A stretch of DNA of 28,529 nt, taken from NCBI GenBank assembly GCA_031372565.1, contig JANMLN010000101.1, forward strand, positions 1 through 28,529. The letters are read 5' to 3'. Positions 26,342 through 28,529 of this stretch are shown in pieces (within the stretch, counting starts at the first letter, position 1; every line of letters begins with the position of its first letter). Source of the DNA: Gemmatimonadota bacterium (lineage in GTDB: Bacteria; Gemmatimonadota; Gemmatimonadetes; Gemmatimonadales; Gemmatimonadaceae). The translations under genes were made by a program, and so were the position numbers. The notes under the pieces are model-generated. The model was not told where the DNA came from, did not search any database, and saw only the letters and a program-made list of their open reading frames with translations.

Positions 26342-26912
26342 GTGCAAATCAGGCCATCGCCCCGATTGCGACGATGTGCCGCGTGCTCGGGGTGTCGGAG
26401 AGTGGGTTTCATGCGTGGCGGGCCCGGACGCCGTCGCGGCGGGCGCAGCGGGACATCGACGTGCGCGTGGCGATTCGCGCGTCGCATGTGCGGTCGAATG
26501 GCACGTACGGCGCCCCACGCATCCTCGAAGATCTCCGCGAGGCCGGCTATCGCGTCGGCAAGAAGCGCGTCGCGCGCCTCATGCAGCTCGACGGACTGTG
26601 CGGCGTCTCCAAGCGTCGTGGGCCGGCACGGTCGCGGCGTACCATGCCCGAGGCACCCCTCGCGCCAGATCTGGTGGGACGGGTCTTCCACGCGACGGCA
26701 CCGAATCAGCTCTGGGTCGCCGATATCACCTACGTGCCGACGGCTGCGGGCTTCCTGTATCTCGCGGTCGTGCTCGATGTCTTCAGCCGCCGCATTATCG
26801 GGTGGGCGATGCGCAATACGCTGCACACGACCGTCGTCCTGGAAGCGCTCGACATGGCGGCCACGCAACGCCGTGCCACCGATGTCATTCATCACTCGGA
26901 TCAAGGCAGTCA
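26338..26912 (+). pseudogene. IS3-family transposase OrfB, truncated after the second catalytic Asp
   Basis: MCRVLGVS.SGF, TYGAPRI, KRVARLM, PNQLWVADITY, LYLAVVLDVFSRRIIGW and HHSDQGSQ, after which it reads into the IS30 end. Confidence 0.9.
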
Positions 26913-28389
26913 GCCCGGATTCAAACGGTCGTCGCAACAGCGGACGTGTTTGGTGATCGTAGCAGCTCGTTCAAGGCTTCGGCAGGGGTGCGCCAATTCA
27001 AAGACTTCCGCGGGCGCGAGTTCAGCGCGAGCGCGACCGCCGCGAGATCCGCTTCGGTATAGGCGCTCAGATCCGTTCCCTTCGGGAAGTACTGTCGCAG
27101 CAGTCCATTCGTGTTCTCGTTGGTGCCCCGTTGCCATGGACTGCGTGGATCGCAGAAGTAGATCGCCAGCCCTGAATCAATGCGGAGTTGGACGTGTTCT
27201 GCGAGCTCGGCACCTTGGTCCCACGTCAGCGACTTACGAAGCGCTGTCGGGAGCTGCTTCATGGCGCGAGCGATGGCCGTTCTGACCGCGGTGGCCCCAT
27301 GGCCAGCGAGCGGCGGGCCGTTTTTCGTGTCGGTGCTCCGGTGACCTTCGTGGTGATCAGCCATGCGTGGGAGATGCAGCAGCATGGTGAAGCGTGTCGT
27401 GCGCTCGACGAGCGTCCCGATTGCGGAGCTCTCAAGACCGAGAATGAGATCGCCCTCCCAGTGTCCTGGCACCGCCCGATCGGCCACGTCGGCAGGGCGC
27501 TCGCTGATCATGATCTCGGGCGTTGCAAAGTGTTTGCCGGTCCGACCGGTCCGCGCACGGGGTACGCGCAGCGCGCGCCCCGTGCGCAGACACGCGGTCA
27601 GTTCCCGGCGCAGCGCCCCGCGTCCCTGGATGTAGAGCGATTGATAGATAGCCTCGGCACTGATGCGCATCGTCAGGTCGTCGGGGAAATCCAACAGGAG
27701 ACGTCGAGCGATCTGCGTGGGACTCCACGCGCGCGCCCAGCGTCGATGCTGCCGTCGGCCTCGCTTTCGGCCAGTCCACGCCACGGTCGGTCCGGGCACA
27801 GGCTGGCCAGTCGGCGTCGCGATCACGCCGGCCAATCGGTCCTGTACATAGTGCCGCAGCGGCGCGTTCACAGCCAGCTTGGCGGGCTTCGGACGCAGGG
27901 CCGCGCGATCCGCGTGCCACTGCGCGGTGGTCGCCGTGTAGTCGAAGCTCCCGCTTCTCGTCGCGGCATTGCGTCGTAGTTCGCGGGAAATGGTCGAGGG
28001 GGCCCGTCCGAGCCGTCGGCCGCACTCACGGACACCATGCCCCGCGGCGCGCAGGAGCGCGAGCTGCTCACGCTCCGCAAACAAGAGATAGCGGCCGCTG
28101 AGCGGCGGCGCCGAGGCGGCGAACTGGGTCGGAGGCATACCACCAGCTTGCCGGAACCAACGCGTCCCCACCACCCACGACACGCGCGCCTCGGCCACGG
28201 CGGCCTCCGGATACAACCCGCGGCCGATCGCCTTCCAGAACTGTGCACGATCGGCGCGACGACCAACGGGAGGCCGTCCCGGTGAACGAAGCTTTCTTCG
28301 CGTGCTTTTCGCCGATTTTCGGCGTCCACATTGTGTCATCGAACAACTCCTCGTAGGTGAGGTGTTTCGACGACCGATGGAATCCACCC
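26913..28389 (-). mobile_element. IS30-family insertion sequence (about 1.48 kb; ends approximate to +/-3 bp)
   Basis: Imperfect terminal IRs GGATTCAAACGGTCGTCGCAACA and GGATTCCATCGGTCGTCGAAACA enclose a single transposase gene. Confidence 0.88.
26921..28339 (-). CDS. IS30-family transposase
   Basis: LGRAPSTISRELRRN, WSPTQI, ISAEAIYQSLY, PGHWEGDLI, TLVERTTR, SLTWDQGAE, SPWQRGTNENTNGLLRQYFPKG and LNSRPRK; start codon uncertain. Confidence 0.93.
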   Translation of the reverse strand: MTQCGRRKSAKSTRRKLRSPGRPPVGRRADRAQFWKAIGRGLYPEAAVAEARVSWVVGTRWFRQAGGMPPTQFAASAPPLSGRYLLFAEREQLALLRAAGHGVRECGRRLGRAPSTISRELRRNAATRSGSFDYTATTAQWHADRAALRPKPAKLAVNAPLRHYVQDRLAGVIATPTGQPVPGPTVAWTGRKRGRRQHRRWARAWSPTQIARRLLLDFPDDLTMRISAEAIYQSLYIQGRGALRRELTACLRTGRALRVPRARTGRTGKHFATPEIMISERPADVADRAVPGHWEGDLILGLESSAIGTLVERTTRFTMLLHLPRMADHHEGHRSTDTKNGPPLAGHGATAVRTAIARAMKQLPTALRKSLTWDQGAELAEHVQLRIDSGLAIYFCDPRSPWQRGTNENTNGLLRQYFPKGTDLSAYTEADLAAVALALNSRPRKSLNWRTPAEALNELLRSPNTSAVATTV

Positions 28390-28529
28390 GTGCTTCCGCG
28401 GTCCGAGTGATGCACGAGCCCGGGCGCGGGCTGCCGCGTGACCACTGCGCGCGTGAGAGCCATGCCGCACAGGCCGGCGTCGAGCGTCGGCCCGGCCGCC
28501 CAGCCCACCACGCGACGCGTCGCGAGGTC
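28390..28529 (-). pseudogene. Fragment of a second, different IS3-family OrfB (runs in from the window edge and is truncated by IS30)
   Basis: DLATRRVVGWA...ALTRAV..RQPAPGLVHHSDRGS, then IS30 IR sequence. Confidence 0.85.

Larger units (their letters stand above)
25971..26912 (+). mobile_element. IS3-family element, left portion only (truncated by IS30)
   Basis: Begins TGTAGTTGACCCGTTTCGGTGGAG (IS3-type TG end) exactly where the citMHS homology stops; contains orfA and 5' orfB. Confidence 0.88.

Noticed and set aside
26338..27285. Full-length 315-aa IS3 OrfB
   Set aside because: Homology ends at HHSDQGSQ. The remainder is antisense read-through of IS30 and lacks the catalytic Glu region.

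Overview
High-GC bacterial DNA whose gene content suggests Gemmatimonadota (inference). Bases 1-21335 are core-like genes: gabD, ggt, an SDR, a YeiH transporter, a secreted protein, HIRAN, an AAG/MPG glycosylase, a NYN-LOTUS RNase, a DSD1-type PLP enzyme, a CocE/NonD hydrolase and a CitMHS transporter. Four clusters of one REP-like palindrome family lie between these genes. An NtrY/NtrX-like two-component operon carries four translationally coupled paralogous single-TM proteins between the kinase and the sigma-54 activator. It is followed by a sigma-54 promoter, a bactofilin-Omp85 fusion and a DUF4390-like gene. From about 21336 to 25841 lies a lower-GC cassette with no integrase, followed by a diverged 129-bp duplicate of a segment near the citMHS 3' end. 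The cassette encodes a papain-like protein, an XRE regulator and a Ubl / E2 / JAB-E1 ubiquitin-like operon. Its Ubl ends in DDNS (no Gly) and its E1 and E2 appear to lack the canonical catalytic Cys. The window ends with an IS30 element joining two convergent IS3 transposase halves, both cut at the same HHSDxGS motif. All calls come from motif recognition by eye; no searches were run.
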